From NCBI RefSeq assembly GCF_018350175.1, contig NC_058369.1, positions 56,172,001 to 56,236,000 on the forward strand: a stretch of DNA of 64,000 nt, given 5' to 3'. Position 1 is the stretch's first letter, and each line of letters begins with the position of its first letter. The translations under genes and the position numbers were made by a program. The DNA is from Felis catus (taxonomy: Eukaryota). The notes below the pieces were generated by a model that was not told the origin of the DNA, searched no databases, and worked only from the letters and a program-made list of their open reading frames with translations. Positions 26,945 to 37,706 of this stretch are shown in pieces.

Positions 26945-29110
26945 ATGCCGGCCGGATAGAATTAGTTAGGAAGTGTTCTTTCCTGAATTTTTTGGAAGAG
27001 TTTGAGAAGATTGGTGTCAATTCTTCCAATGTTTGGTAGAATTCACCAGTGAGGCTGTCAGATCCGGGGCTTTTTTGGTCAAGTGATCTTCGATTACAGC
27101 CTCAGGCTCCTCCCTAGTTATGTACGAATCTCTTCCGATTTTCTCTTTCTTTGTGATTTAGTCTTGGTAGGTTTTCTAGGTCTAGAAATTGGTCCATTGT
27201 ATCTGGATTCTCCAATTAGCTGGAATACACTTGTTGATAGCACTCTAACCCTTTCTACATCTGTAAGGAGTCAGTGGCAATGCAGTCATTGAGTCTTCTC
27301 TGCCTCCACCGGCAATCCGGCTAGCAGTTTGGTGTTTTCAAAGGACCAGCTCTTGGGTCCATTGATTATCTCTTTCGTTTTTCTAGCCTCTGTTTCATTT
27401 ATCTCCGCTCTAATCTTTATTATGTCCTTCCCTTTGCTACCTTTGGCTTTTTCTAGTTTCTTAAGTTGCACGTCTATGGTGTTGATTTAAGATCTGTCTT
27501 GATGTTTACTGTGAGCGTTTACAGCTATAAATTTCCCCCTCGCCACTGCTTTGTTGTTTTCCAGGAGTTTTGACGCGTTTCATTTCCCTTCACCTCTACG
27601 TATGTTCGCATTCCACTGTGATTTCTTCTTCGACACATTGGTTCTTTGAGAGTGTGTTTTCAGTTTTCACAGCTTTTTAAATTTTCCACTCTTCCTTCTG
27701 TTACCCATTTCTGACTTCATCTTCTTGTGGTTGGAAAAGATACTTTGTATGATATCTATCTTGTAAAATCTACTGAGACTTAACTCGTGACCTAATGCAA
27801 AGACTGTCTCAGAGAAGGTCCCGCGTGCCGTTATTGTTGGGTGGGGTCCCGTGCCCGTCTGTTAGATCTGGCTGGGCTATGGTGTTCTTCAAATCCTCTG
27901 TGTCCTTACTCACCTTCTGTCTGGTTGTCCTGTCCATTATTGACAGTGGGATATGGAAGGCTCCAACGATTATTATAGAACTATTTTTCCCTTCAGTTCT
28001 GTCGATAATGGCCTCTCATTATGTGTGTAAATGTTTATCATCTTTTCTTCTTGCTGTACTGAACCTCTTAATTCATATAAAATGTCCTTCTTTGTCTCTT
28101 GTAACATTTTCTGATTTAACGTCTGTTCTGTCTGGTATTATTACAGCCACTCCACCCTTTCTTTTGGCTGCATTTGCATGGATTATCTTTTTCCTTCCTT
28201 TCACGTTCACCTTTTTTGTGTCTTTGGATCTGAGTCCCTTGTAGGTAACAGAGAGTTGGATCCTATGTTTTTATCCATTTCACTAATCTGTTTAATCTGC
28301 TTACATTTAAAGTCATTACTGATAAGGAAGGAATTCCTTCTGTGGTTTGCTCTTTGTTTTCTATATGCCTTAATTGCTTTCTGTCTCAAATTTTCTGCAT
28401 GACNNNNNNNNNNNNNNNNNNNNNNNNNNNNNNNNNNNNNNNNNNNNNNNNNNNNNNNNNNNNNNNNNNNNNNNNNNNNNNNNNNNNNNNNNNNNNNNNN
28501 NNNNNNNNNNNNNNNNNNNNNNNNNNNNNNNNNNNNNNNNNNNNNNNNNNNNNNNNNNNCTTTTAACATCCTAAAGTTACAACATTGTAGTGTCAATTTA
28601 TACCAGCTTAACCTCAATAACACATGAAAACTCAGCTACTTTAAAGCCCTGACCCCACCTTCTGTCAGTTGTTAATGTCACAAAATCACATCTTTATGCA
28701 TCTTGTGTCCAAAAGCATAGATGAATAATTAGGTTTTTAAATATATCAGTCTCTTAACATAGAGAACAAAAAGTAGAGCTACAGACCAAAGTCATAACAG
28801 TACTAGCGTTCATAATTGTCTGTCTGTTTACCTTTACCGGAGATTATCTCTTCAGAAGGCTTCGAGTTACTTGTTCAGTGCCCTTTCATTTCAACCTGAA
28901 GGACCCCCTTCACTGCAGGGCCGGTCTAGTCATCAGGGCAAGGCTTTCAGCTTTGGTTGATCTGGGAATGTCTTCATTTCTTCCTCATTTTTGAAGGACA
29001 GTTTTCCCAAATGTAGGATTCTTGGTTGACACCTTTTTTCCTTCAGTGCTTTAAACACATCAACCCATGCCTTCTAGCCTCCAAGGTTTCTGATGAGAAA
29101 TCTCCTCACA
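26945..29110 (-). mobile_element. Old L1 fragment (end of ORF1 to ORF2 N-terminal region)
   Basis: Minus-strand KDIIKIRAEINETE..KSWSFE and other L1 antisense signatures. Spans an N-gap. Confidence 0.85.
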
Positions 29111-29494
29111 ACCTTATCAGTGAAAATATGATGAAAAGCAATCTTCTTCTGAGCTTTATAGATGTTAATAATGAGCCTTATCGTGTTGTACACAACACAA
29201 CATTTCCTTATATGTTGTAGCACCATTTTGAGACCAGGAACTGGGTATTTTACGTGTAGACATTATGAGGTCTATATAAGCCAAAATTACAGTTTTCTAA
29301 ACTTGAAGTGAAAGGCCACTGAACCATCTTATAGATTTTGATTTCTAACAAAGTAAATATCAATCTTGAAAAGCCCACACAAACAAACAAAACGCCCATT
29401 GGGGGTCTTTTTGTTGTTGTTGAGTAAAGGGGTTTTGGGAATAAAAAGTGAGGAAACCACTGTGGTCTCAGACATCCCCAGCCATGATCACATA

Positions 29495-29570
29495 ATTGGC
29501 CCATTTCTTGCTGTGCCCTCACATGTGCCTTCACATTGTGAAGTCATGGCAAGACCTGCCTATATAAGAC
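29495..29570 (+). promoter_or_regulatory. Candidate core promoter of the MARK-like gene
   Basis: Reverse CCAAT (ATTGG, 29495), CRE-like TGAAGTCA (29539-29546) and TATATAAG (29561-29568) lie in canonical order ~600 bp upstream of the ORF. Confidence 0.45.
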
Positions 29571-29823
29571 CCTGGCTCGGCTGGGTGTTTGGTCTTTACA
29601 GCCCAGGAAGCTTTGGTGACCTGTCGGCCTTTGACCCTAGCTAGTTTGATTTTGACTTCTCTTTTTTTCATTTTGTTTATTTTTTTATTTTCATTTTTCT
29701 TTTTTCTCTACTCCTTTTCTCTCCCAATTTTTTTTCCCTTTTTCTGTTTTTACTTTTTTCTTTTTTTCTCCTTTTTTAGTTTTTCTTTTTCTCAATTTTT
29801 CTTCGTTTCCTCCCTTCATTTTC

Positions 29824-29861
<38 letters not shown>

Positions 29862-29920
29862 TGTGTGTGTGCGCGTGTGGTTTTTCATTTGTTTTTTTTT
29901 GTGTTAGCGTTTTAGTACAG

Positions 29921-29971
29921 TTAGTATAGTTCATATTGTTAGTATAGTTCATATTGTTAGTATAGTTCATA
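29921..29971 (+). repeat. 18-bp tandem repeat TTAGTATAGTTCATATTG, ~2.8 copies, in a TAG-rich leader
   Basis: Units read directly at 29921, 29939 and 29957. Confidence 0.9.
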
Positions 29972-30168
29972 AGCATAGTATTGTTAGTATTGGCAAATTT
30001 TGTAGGTTGGTATTGTTGGTTAGCATAGTCCGTGTAATTAGCATTATTTAGCGTTAGTATAGTTAGTAGGTCACCATCCTTCAGGGGCGTAAGGCCATTA
30101 CCGCTGGTGAGGAGGACGTCTGTATTTACGAGATCCCCGAGACCACCAGTGAGGGCAGCGTCCCCACG

Positions 30169-31125
30169 ATGAAGCTGACCCAGTACATCCTAACCGGGAA
30201 GCAGTCTGATGTGAAGTTCATCAGGAAAACCCAGGAGGACCCCGCTGGCCTCCAGGGACTTTGTCGTGAAGCCCAGAATATGAAGACCTCAAGTCACCCA
30301 AGTGTTGTCAAGTCACTCAAGGTGATCAACAGGAAGAAATCGTTAGTCCTCCTTTCAAAATATGTAAGCAGAGACAAGCTGTGTGACGATTTTACGCACC
30401 ATGGCCAAGTGACGGAGGAGGTTCCAGACAAATTCTGCCAGCTGTTATCGGTTGTGGAGTACTGCCACCAACAAGGTATGATCGGCGGGGATCAGAAGCT
30501 GGAGACACTGCTTTTTGACAAGAAGCTGAAGGTAAAACACACGGGGGTTGGACTGAGCATCCGGTTTGCTGGCTACAAACTCCACACTTTCTGGGACAGC
30601 CCCCCTTATTCTGCCCCGCGACTCTTCCTGCAGCAAAGGGAGCACACCCCTTCCGCAAACGCTTGGAGCCTGGGGGTGGTTTGGTACTGCTTGGCCACCG
30701 GGTTTGAGCCGTTTGAGGGGGAAGTCTTCTGGGAAGCGGAACGAAATATGGAAAACAGGGAACACAGTGCTTGGATTTTCATGTCCCTGGGGAGTGAAAA
30801 CCTGTGGTACACGTTGACAACCATCCAGCCCAAGATCAGCACACCAACCACAGTCCGCTGCTGGAGCTCCATCGCAACCTGTTCCAGCACAGGCCTGTCC
30901 TCAGAGCAGAGTAGTCTGACCTCCGAAGGGACCAGCATAGGGACCACGATCAGCGGGCCCAGATGCAACTCACCAGCCACAAACTCCGACACCAGCAGTG
31001 AACACAGGCAGCCAGGGAGGATGTCCCTAGAGCCAAAAAATCGGGTTCTCAAAACTCTTGGTAAATTCAAAAAATTATTCAAAAAACACAATAAAATAGA
31101 ACCCCAAAAAACTGCAAATAAATGA
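30169..31125 (+). CDS. Intronless MARK/Smok (sperm motility kinase)-like protein, predicted pseudokinase, 318 aa (may be a pseudogene with an intact ORF)
   Basis: The translation follows AMPK-related/MARK subdomains in order: SDVK (VAIK lysine), LCREAQNMK (alphaC Glu), HPSVVK, YCHQQGMIGGDQKLETLL (HRDLKPENLL), HTGVG (ADFG), KLHTFWDSPPYSAPRLF (KLDTFCGSPPYAAPELF), NAWSLGVVWYCLATGFEPFEG ([21 protein letters not shown]). A Ser/Thr-rich tail follows. AATAAA at 31090 and 31117. Confidence 0.8.
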   Translation: MKLTQYILTGKQSDVKFIRKTQEDPAGLQGLCREAQNMKTSSHPSVVKSLKVINRKKSLVLLSKYVSRDKLCDDFTHHGQVTEEVPDKFCQLLSVVEYCHQQGMIGGDQKLETLLFDKKLKVKHTGVGLSIRFAGYKLHTFWDSPPYSAPRLFLQQREHTPSANAWSLGVVWYCLATGFEPFEGEVFWEAERNMENREHSAWIFMSLGSENLWYTLTTIQPKISTPTTVRCWSSIATCSSTGLSSEQSSLTSEGTSIGTTISGPRCNSPATNSDTSSEHRQPGRMSLEPKNRVLKTLGKFKKLFKKHNKIEPQKTANK

Positions 31126-31169
31126 GAGCCATAAGAGAGCCACGTGTCCGTGCCTTTATTTTATTTTGT

Positions 31170-31364
31170 TTTTTAACTTTAAAGGGACTTAAATGTTTGT
31201 TTTGAAACAGAAGGGACAGTGCGAGTGGGGGAGGGACAGAGAGAGAATCCCAAGTCTACTCTGTGCTATCAGCTCGGAGCCCGACGCGGGGCTCCAGCTC
31301 ACAAAACAGATGGTGGGGACCAAGAGTGGGACGCTTGAGCCACTGAGGCCCACCCAGGAGCCCC
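31170..31364 (-). mobile_element. Degenerate CanSINE, duplicated with the MARK-like unit (copies at ~39115-39295 and ~40180-40376)
   Basis: All three copies share the flank ccccgtccctgc(g/a)ttttaagtgcag, indicating one insertion copied by segmental duplication. Confidence 0.8.
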
Positions 31365-31419
31365 GTCCCTGCGTTTTAAGTGCAGGGAACGATGCTGAGC
31401 TCCAGGAAGCCCGGGGACA

Positions 31420-31536
31420 TGGCACAGGAGATTGGCCAGGGCGACGGGTGGGACCAGAACAGCTTCCCAGGCTGGAGGAGTGTCAGTGGGATAGTGACCT
31501 GCTGGATTTGGAGTTGTAGGAAGCACAAGGTGGAGG
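31420..31536 (+). pseudogene. MARK-like UBA-region fragment (copy A), interrupted by the ERV
   Basis: GWDQNSF..SVSGIVTCWIWSCRKHKVE resembles a degenerate MARK UBA segment. Near-identical to 39350-39473. Confidence 0.6.
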
Positions 31537-32241
31537 TGGTGAAGTGTTGGAGTGATGGGGGGTTCGTGGGTCTGGAGCCGATGGCCAAGGAAGAATTCGT
31601 GAAGAAGTCTTTGGTGCAAAAAGGTGATTTTATTAAAGCACGGGGACAGGTCCATGGGCAGGGAGAGCTGCACTGGTGTCGTGACGGTTAGCTCATTATA
31701 TACCCTCAGGTTGGGAGGGGGTTAGGGAGACAGCCAGAATTCCTTGGAGACTTACTCCTCAAGGTTCCAGGACCTTGAGGGGCTAGCTGTGGCCAGGAAA
31801 ATGCCATTTCTTGCCGTTTAATGAAACCTCAGCCATAAGACCCTTTAGATGGATCTGGGCAGGCCATAAGCGTGGAGGATGATTGCCAGCATATATGTTG
31901 CGGGGGTTGAGATGAAGTAGATTTGCAGGGTCCTTGAGGTTGGGATCATGTGAAGCTAAGGTTCTCTTTTTCCCCCACCAAAATGTCATCCTGTCAGGCA
32001 GCTGAGCTCCCACAGGGAGGCCACTCTGCCTGTTTCAAGGACTTGTCAATGGGCTGCAGGCAGTAAGGGAATTTACGTTTTCATTTGCCTTAGTTTCCCA
32101 CATGACCACGGCAAGCATTTAAACCCCTTTCCTTTGTTCTTGGGGAGCCAGGAGTGTCCAAGGACTAACACACACATTCCACCTGGGAGGGACGGTGCCA
32201 GCCTGGATTTTGCCCTGAGCCTGCCTTATGCTCCCTCATCA
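31537..32241 (-). mobile_element. 3' LTR of the ERV
   Basis: On the minus strand it is preceded by the purine tract AGGGGGCAGGGGGA. It is homologous to 37707-38030, and TTTATT (AATAAA on minus) is at ~31628. Confidence 0.85.
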
Positions 32242-32379
32242 TATCCCCCTGCCCCCTGAGCAGTTTTGGCCCTGGAATCTTTAGGGTTGCTGCAGGTGGA
32301 AGGTCTCATCTTCTGTAGCTTCTTCCTGCTGAGCAAGGGCGTAGAGTTGTCCCTACCTATCTCGGTCAATATGGGTCAG

Positions 32380-32880
32380 TCAGGGAACATAGAGGGGAGT
32401 TATAAAAGGCAGAGGCAGCTGAATCCACCGTGGGCAATGTGTATGAACCTCCTTGAGTAAAAAGGATCGTGTGTTGGCTTGAAGTGATTGCAGTGATGGA
32501 GTCTTGGTGCCAGGCAGAGAGACATGGGAGAAAAAGCAGAACAGAATGAGAACCACTAGAAAGATCAGCCCAAATGGAAGTCCTTTGGTAGCTGACGCAC
32601 CTCCTCCAGTCCAGGAGTTTAACCAATCATTACAGGAAAGGGATTGTTTAAAGTGCCAAGTTGGAGTACTCATGTCAGTGAGAAATCCAGAAATGTTTCT
32701 GTGGTCATCTGGAATGTACACACAGCATTTTGTTTTGATGAGAGTATAAGTTACACCTTGTGCAGCAGTTAGCACATATGCCGTTCTATTTTCTAGAGCT
32801 GTTTTCTGCATTCGAGTTATGTTCGTATTTAACACTATAATGGTATGTTGAGAGTCATTTAAGTCCTTAACTGTGTAACA
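32380..32880 (-). pseudogene. env: ERV env TM remnant
   Basis: LENRTAYVLTAAQGVTYTLIKTKCCVYIPD is a degenerate immunosuppressive domain plus CX6CC region. A hydrophobic TM segment (GLIFLVVLILFCFF) follows. Most of SU is missing. Confidence 0.85.
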
Positions 32881-35360
32881 AGTGATGTATGTACAGCCAT
32901 CCTGTAGACTCTGTTTGGTTCAGTAAGCAATCAGCTAATTAATCAGAGGTACTCTTCTGGAACCGAGAAAAACAGGGGTGACTGGTTAGAGCAAATCACA
33001 AACTTAGTGTTTCCCAGTGCTGCCAGTGAGATATTAGACGTCGGGCGGGAAGCATCCTCAGAGGAGAGTGGGAAGAGGCAGCAGGAATGAGGTTGGTCTT
33101 TCTGATTTGTACCTCAGATGTCTGTGGTGGTCCTTTTGAATGGCCCATTGTAAGAAGGACTTGTTAGTAGAACTTGGGGAAAGAGAATGAAAAAGAAAGT
33201 TGCCATCATCATAAGAGGTGTGAACAAGTGTTCCACAGGTTCACAGGAAGGAGAAGGCACATTCGTGTGCTCATGGATTTCCTGCGAAAGGGGGTACAGG
33301 TTTCATTTAGATACGGGAGCCCGTGAAAAATGCCCCTGTAACTTGACCGCAGCCCTTTTATTTTGGAGTCAAATCCCCTGTTGTATTCGACTTTCCATCC
33401 TTTGAATAAACCAGGTCTTTTGGGTTTCTATGGGGTAGGTTTCTAGTAACTGTCAGATCAGGTTTAGGAGGGACATGTTTGCATGCTTAGAGATTTATGA
33501 ATTAACCCAGCCTCAAGTGACGGATGAATAAACCACTAGCCTCTTTGTCTATTGATAGGTGAATCCATCCCATCTTCCAGTCGTTTAAATCATATACCCA
33601 TGGGGTTATTATTCCCGCAGAATAACAAGCAAGAAGATTGTCCATACCTGTGCCTCTGTGACAAAGTTTACCTCGAGTTGTCTAGCTTAGGCAAACAACA
33701 AACTTTTAAAGACAATCATAACTAGGATTTACCATCCCTAACGATGTGTTCTTGAAACATAGTTTGTCTCTGTAAAAACCCTCATTTCCAGGGATGGCCA
33801 AATCGAGACTAATTCACTCGTAGGACAAGTCCAGCTTTAACAACCTTGGCCCAATTGTTTCCATAAGTTCAGCAAGAATAGTGATGGATCATAAGGATCT
33901 TTTCAAGTCTGCTCTGCCGGAACCTTTTATCAGGAATCTCCAGACTGAACTTTTTGTAGCCTCTCCGGGCCAGAAGCCAAGCCAGTTACTTCCGTCAGAC
34001 AGGCCTGCAATATCTGTGGAATTGGGCGAATTCCTCTTCACGAGGTCCCCGAGATATCCTGAGGTTCCTGCACCTGCCAGGAAGTGACATTCTTGACTCA
34101 CCTGGGGAGGCTACTGGGAACTCTGGAAGCAAGGTATCGGGTCAACATTTCAAGGGGCTGTATGGCTCCATGTTTCCCAAAGTCAACCTTGGTCCCTTGG
34201 AGCTACACGCTCACACCTCTGAGTCTGTGCATGGCTCTCAAATAGGACGTCCCAGTCAAAGCCTTGGTAAAAATAACCAGTATTTCCAATGGTGTCCTGT
34301 TCCAAGGACTTACGCAAATGAGTACGATTGTCACGAGAGAAAGGATACTCACTGGGAGGGTGTGAATGTCAGAGGGTTTAGGTAGAGAGAAAAGATAAAC
34401 GCTTCCGCTCACAAAGGAATGCTTGATGACATTTCCGTAGATCACAGCTATCTTAAGAGGAAGTTTCCTTCACCAGAAAGAGCAAACAGAGAACCAGCAG
34501 TGTCTCTGACAAGAGTCCCAAAACTCTGATCTTCCTCAGTTCGTTCAGTCCCACGTTCCCAACTCTTGTTCAGTTTGATTGCGGCTTTTTAATTCTGAAT
34601 TCTGGACATTCTTACCCGTTTTCATGTTCATCTTAAAGACATCAAATACCCGTGTTTGTCCACAGAGCCCTTTTTCCGAATCGAGAGGTCCTTAAGGATG
34701 CAGCTGACGAGGAAACTCAGTTATTTCTGCGACACATAACACTTCAATAGTCAGACTATCAAGTGAGGACCTTATGCCAAAACACTGAAGACTTTAGGAT
34801 TTGAGTGTAGAGTGGGGGTAGTTGCAACATTTACCCGAGCAGTACAGCCCAAGGTTTACCATCATTTGATAGAGCTTTTCTGAGTAACTTAACATACCAA
34901 ATGAAAAGGCCTACCTGGTCAGAAAGACTTCATTTACAATTGAAATCTTGGGAAAGTCTGCTAAAACCTTAGAAGGTTATGAAGCCTGTCCCAAATAGGA
35001 TTGCAGGTCATTACAAACCTTACAACTTTATTCAACCAAGGTTGAAGGTGGCAATGAGAGACTCTACAGGCAAACGTGTAGCATCATAGAGCTGTTAGCA
35101 AAGCCTAGCTCCTTTACCAAGGACACGTTTTCACTTGAGGTCATCAAAGACCTGATCTTTAGAAAGCTTTAGAAAGCTTTGGTTCTCCTGACAGACAACT
35201 GAGAAAAAGAACCTTGTTTCCAAAGCAGACAAACCTTATGTTTAGGAATCAGTGCTTGAGCGCTCGGTCCTATTTGGAAAAAAAAAAACCTAGATGTCCA
35301 ATGAACTTCATCTTCTTCGTCATGCAGACTTGAAAGAAAACTTTAAAGTTTCAGGTTACT

Positions 35361-35583
35361 GAGGCGCCTGGGTGTCTCAGTGGGTTGAGCATCGGACTTC
35401 GGCTCAGGGCATGACCTCCCGGTCTGTGAGTTCGAGCCTCACGTCAGGCTCTGTGCTGACAGCTTGGAGCCCGGAGCCTGCTTCGGACTCTGTGTCTCCC
35501 TCTCTCTCTAGCCCTCTCCCGTTTGCTCTCTTTCAAAAATGCATAAATGTTAAAAAAAAAAAAAACAGCAACAATGAAACCTG
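35361..35583 (+). mobile_element. CanSINE in ERV internal region
   Basis: Standard body; TSD aaagtttca(g/t)gtta. Confidence 0.9.
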
Positions 35584-35849
35584 AAAGTTTCATGTTAGCA
35601 AAGACTTTGAAAGCTATCCTAACCTGTGACAACTTTGAACCAGGCACAACTAACCATTATTTTAAGTCATCTTTGTGCTAACAAATTGCAACCGAGATAA
35701 AATGAGCTTCTCTGACCTTTGGTAAACCTTGGTAGAAAAAACGTTTTCTATTTAATGCTGATAAGTCTAAAGACAGGTCCGCCAAACTTAGGTGAGTTTC
35801 AACACTGGATTGTTTCACCTGCGTCCACTTAAAAAAAGAAAATCCGTTT

Positions 35850-36660
35850 GTTCTCCCGGGATGCCAGTGGGGGGGAGGGGGATCTGGGGCGGGTGGTCCC
35901 AGGGGTGCTCTGGGCTCCTTGACCTGGAGGGTAGGAGAAGGAGCCGGCGGTGCCCGAGGCACTGAGGATGGGATAGGAACCGGGTACTCAGGCCACCCCC
36001 AAGGTGGTGCAGAAACAGGAGGAGGGGGAGGGGAAGGCAGAAGAGGTGAGGTGCCAGCAGAAGGCAGACAAGGACAATTTCCTGGTTCCAACCTCATCAG
36101 CTCTGTCAGAGGCACAGATGCCATGTTTTCTGTTCCCCCAAAGTGGAAATGGGCGATCTGGGTCAGGCCAGAGAAGAGGGGGAAACAAATGGAGTTTTAG
36201 CAGCTGCTCGGGAATATTCCTTCAAGTCCCCGTCCCAAGGAAGACTAAGCACACGTGGCTCTAATCATAGCTGTGAAGCCGGGAAATAAATGAGGGAGAA
36301 GCCCTCACATCTAGTAGGAGGAGGAACAGAGAGAAAGAGTCCGCGTCCCCTTTGTCAGGGATGGCCTGTGTTTCCTCCCCTAACCTGGGTTCTCTTAGGA
36401 GGAAGGAGGCCTGTTGAGACAATTATCATCCGGTATATCAGGAGGGAGTTTCCTGACCTGGTTCCTGAGCACGTTCCCCAAGGGGCCCCAGGGTCCGGGT
36501 AGCATGAAGGCCTGGAGGTGGGTACCTCTGTCTGTTTACTAAGGCCACACAGTGTTACAGGATCAGTCCTCTCTGCATTTTGCAAGCCCAGTTGTTGCCA
36601 GTGGGTTACAAAGGCATCCCAAGGCAGAATCTTTGGAGACTGAGGAGAAGCCCCCGTGCT
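35850..36660 (-). pseudogene. gag: ERV gag (matrix plus proline-rich region) remnant
   Basis: Frameshifted G.SSVSKDSALGCLC / HWQQLG resembles the ERV1 matrix N-terminus. A Pro-rich p12-like stretch follows. Confidence 0.6.
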
Positions 36661-37706
36661 CCTCCCAGAGAGAAAAGTCGAAAGGAAAGAGAGAGAGGCT
36701 CCGTTGCCGCTGACCATGCCCCCGACTCCTGGGTGGCACCCCATGCACACGGTATGTCAGAGCTTCCTGGTGTCAACGCTCCCTGAGGCGTCCCTCGAAT
36801 AAAATCTCCATGACTGCCAACTGGCCGACTGAGGGCTCTTGAAGGAGGGATGCTAGCGTCCCCCCACTTCCCCGTTGCATTCTAGACTGCAGACGGGTGC
36901 CTGGCGAATGGACCGAATACCTTACCCGGAAGGCCGTGCCTGAAAAGGGCCCTGATGGTCATGTCCTGATTCCCTGGTCTTTGAAGAGCATGCCACAGAG
37001 GCCAGGCTCCAGGTTCTTGAAGAACCTGCCGTTTGTAACCCACGGAAAACACAACACTAGAAAAGTTTCACAAGGGGGAATCAATTGCCCAGTTTTGTAA
37101 TTTCAGTAGTAGTTAGTAGAGGACATTGACAGAAAGCAGCACAGGTGGAAATCCATCATGGTCCAAGTGACAGTCCCACCCATAGAGTCTTCACAAGCAA
37201 CTCCCCTAGGGAACGGTCCCCAGTTGGGTTTTAATTCACTCAGGTACTGGTTCCCGCTGTCTCCCAGTGGAGCTGTTGCGGCCAGAGGTGGCTAGTCCAG
37301 AGTTGTGGAGGGGATCGCCTTAGACCCCTGACGAGGAAACCTCACTTGGGAGTCTTAGGCTTCGTGGCTTAGGTGGCTGTCCCATGCCCTACGCAGACAA
37401 CGTTGTCTAAGGACAGGAGTGAAGACAGGACATCAAGTTTCTGGATCTCATTACCATCCCGGCCAGGGTACCAACTTGCAGCCAAAGGGCAGGCGCTCTC
37501 CTCCTCACAGAGTGGCCGGGGCTAGAGGGTGGCAGCCTGCTCAATCGACAGGAGAGTGTTCCAGTAAGACCACACTCCCCGAAAAGCCCCTGAAATGAGA
37601 GTAAAGGAGGAAAAGAGAAAAGTAGAAGCTTGCAGGATGATTGCCAGCTTCTATCTTGGGGGACTTGAGAGAAAGGAAGCAGACTTCCTCGAAGGAAGGA
37701 TCCTCG

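Noticed and set aside
29589-29976. Hydrophobic Phe-rich and NYTNNM-repeat ORFs
   Set aside because: They are translations of the T-rich tract, (GT)n and the 18-bp repeat.
29921-30069. TTAG-rich array as an interstitial telomere or CRISPR-like array
   Set aside because: No TTAGGG units and no repeat-spacer structure; mammalian context.
32380-32835. env ORF as a possible domesticated syncytin
   Set aside because: SU is mostly deleted, CX6CC and the ISD are degenerate, and there is no intact signal-peptide-to-TM frame.
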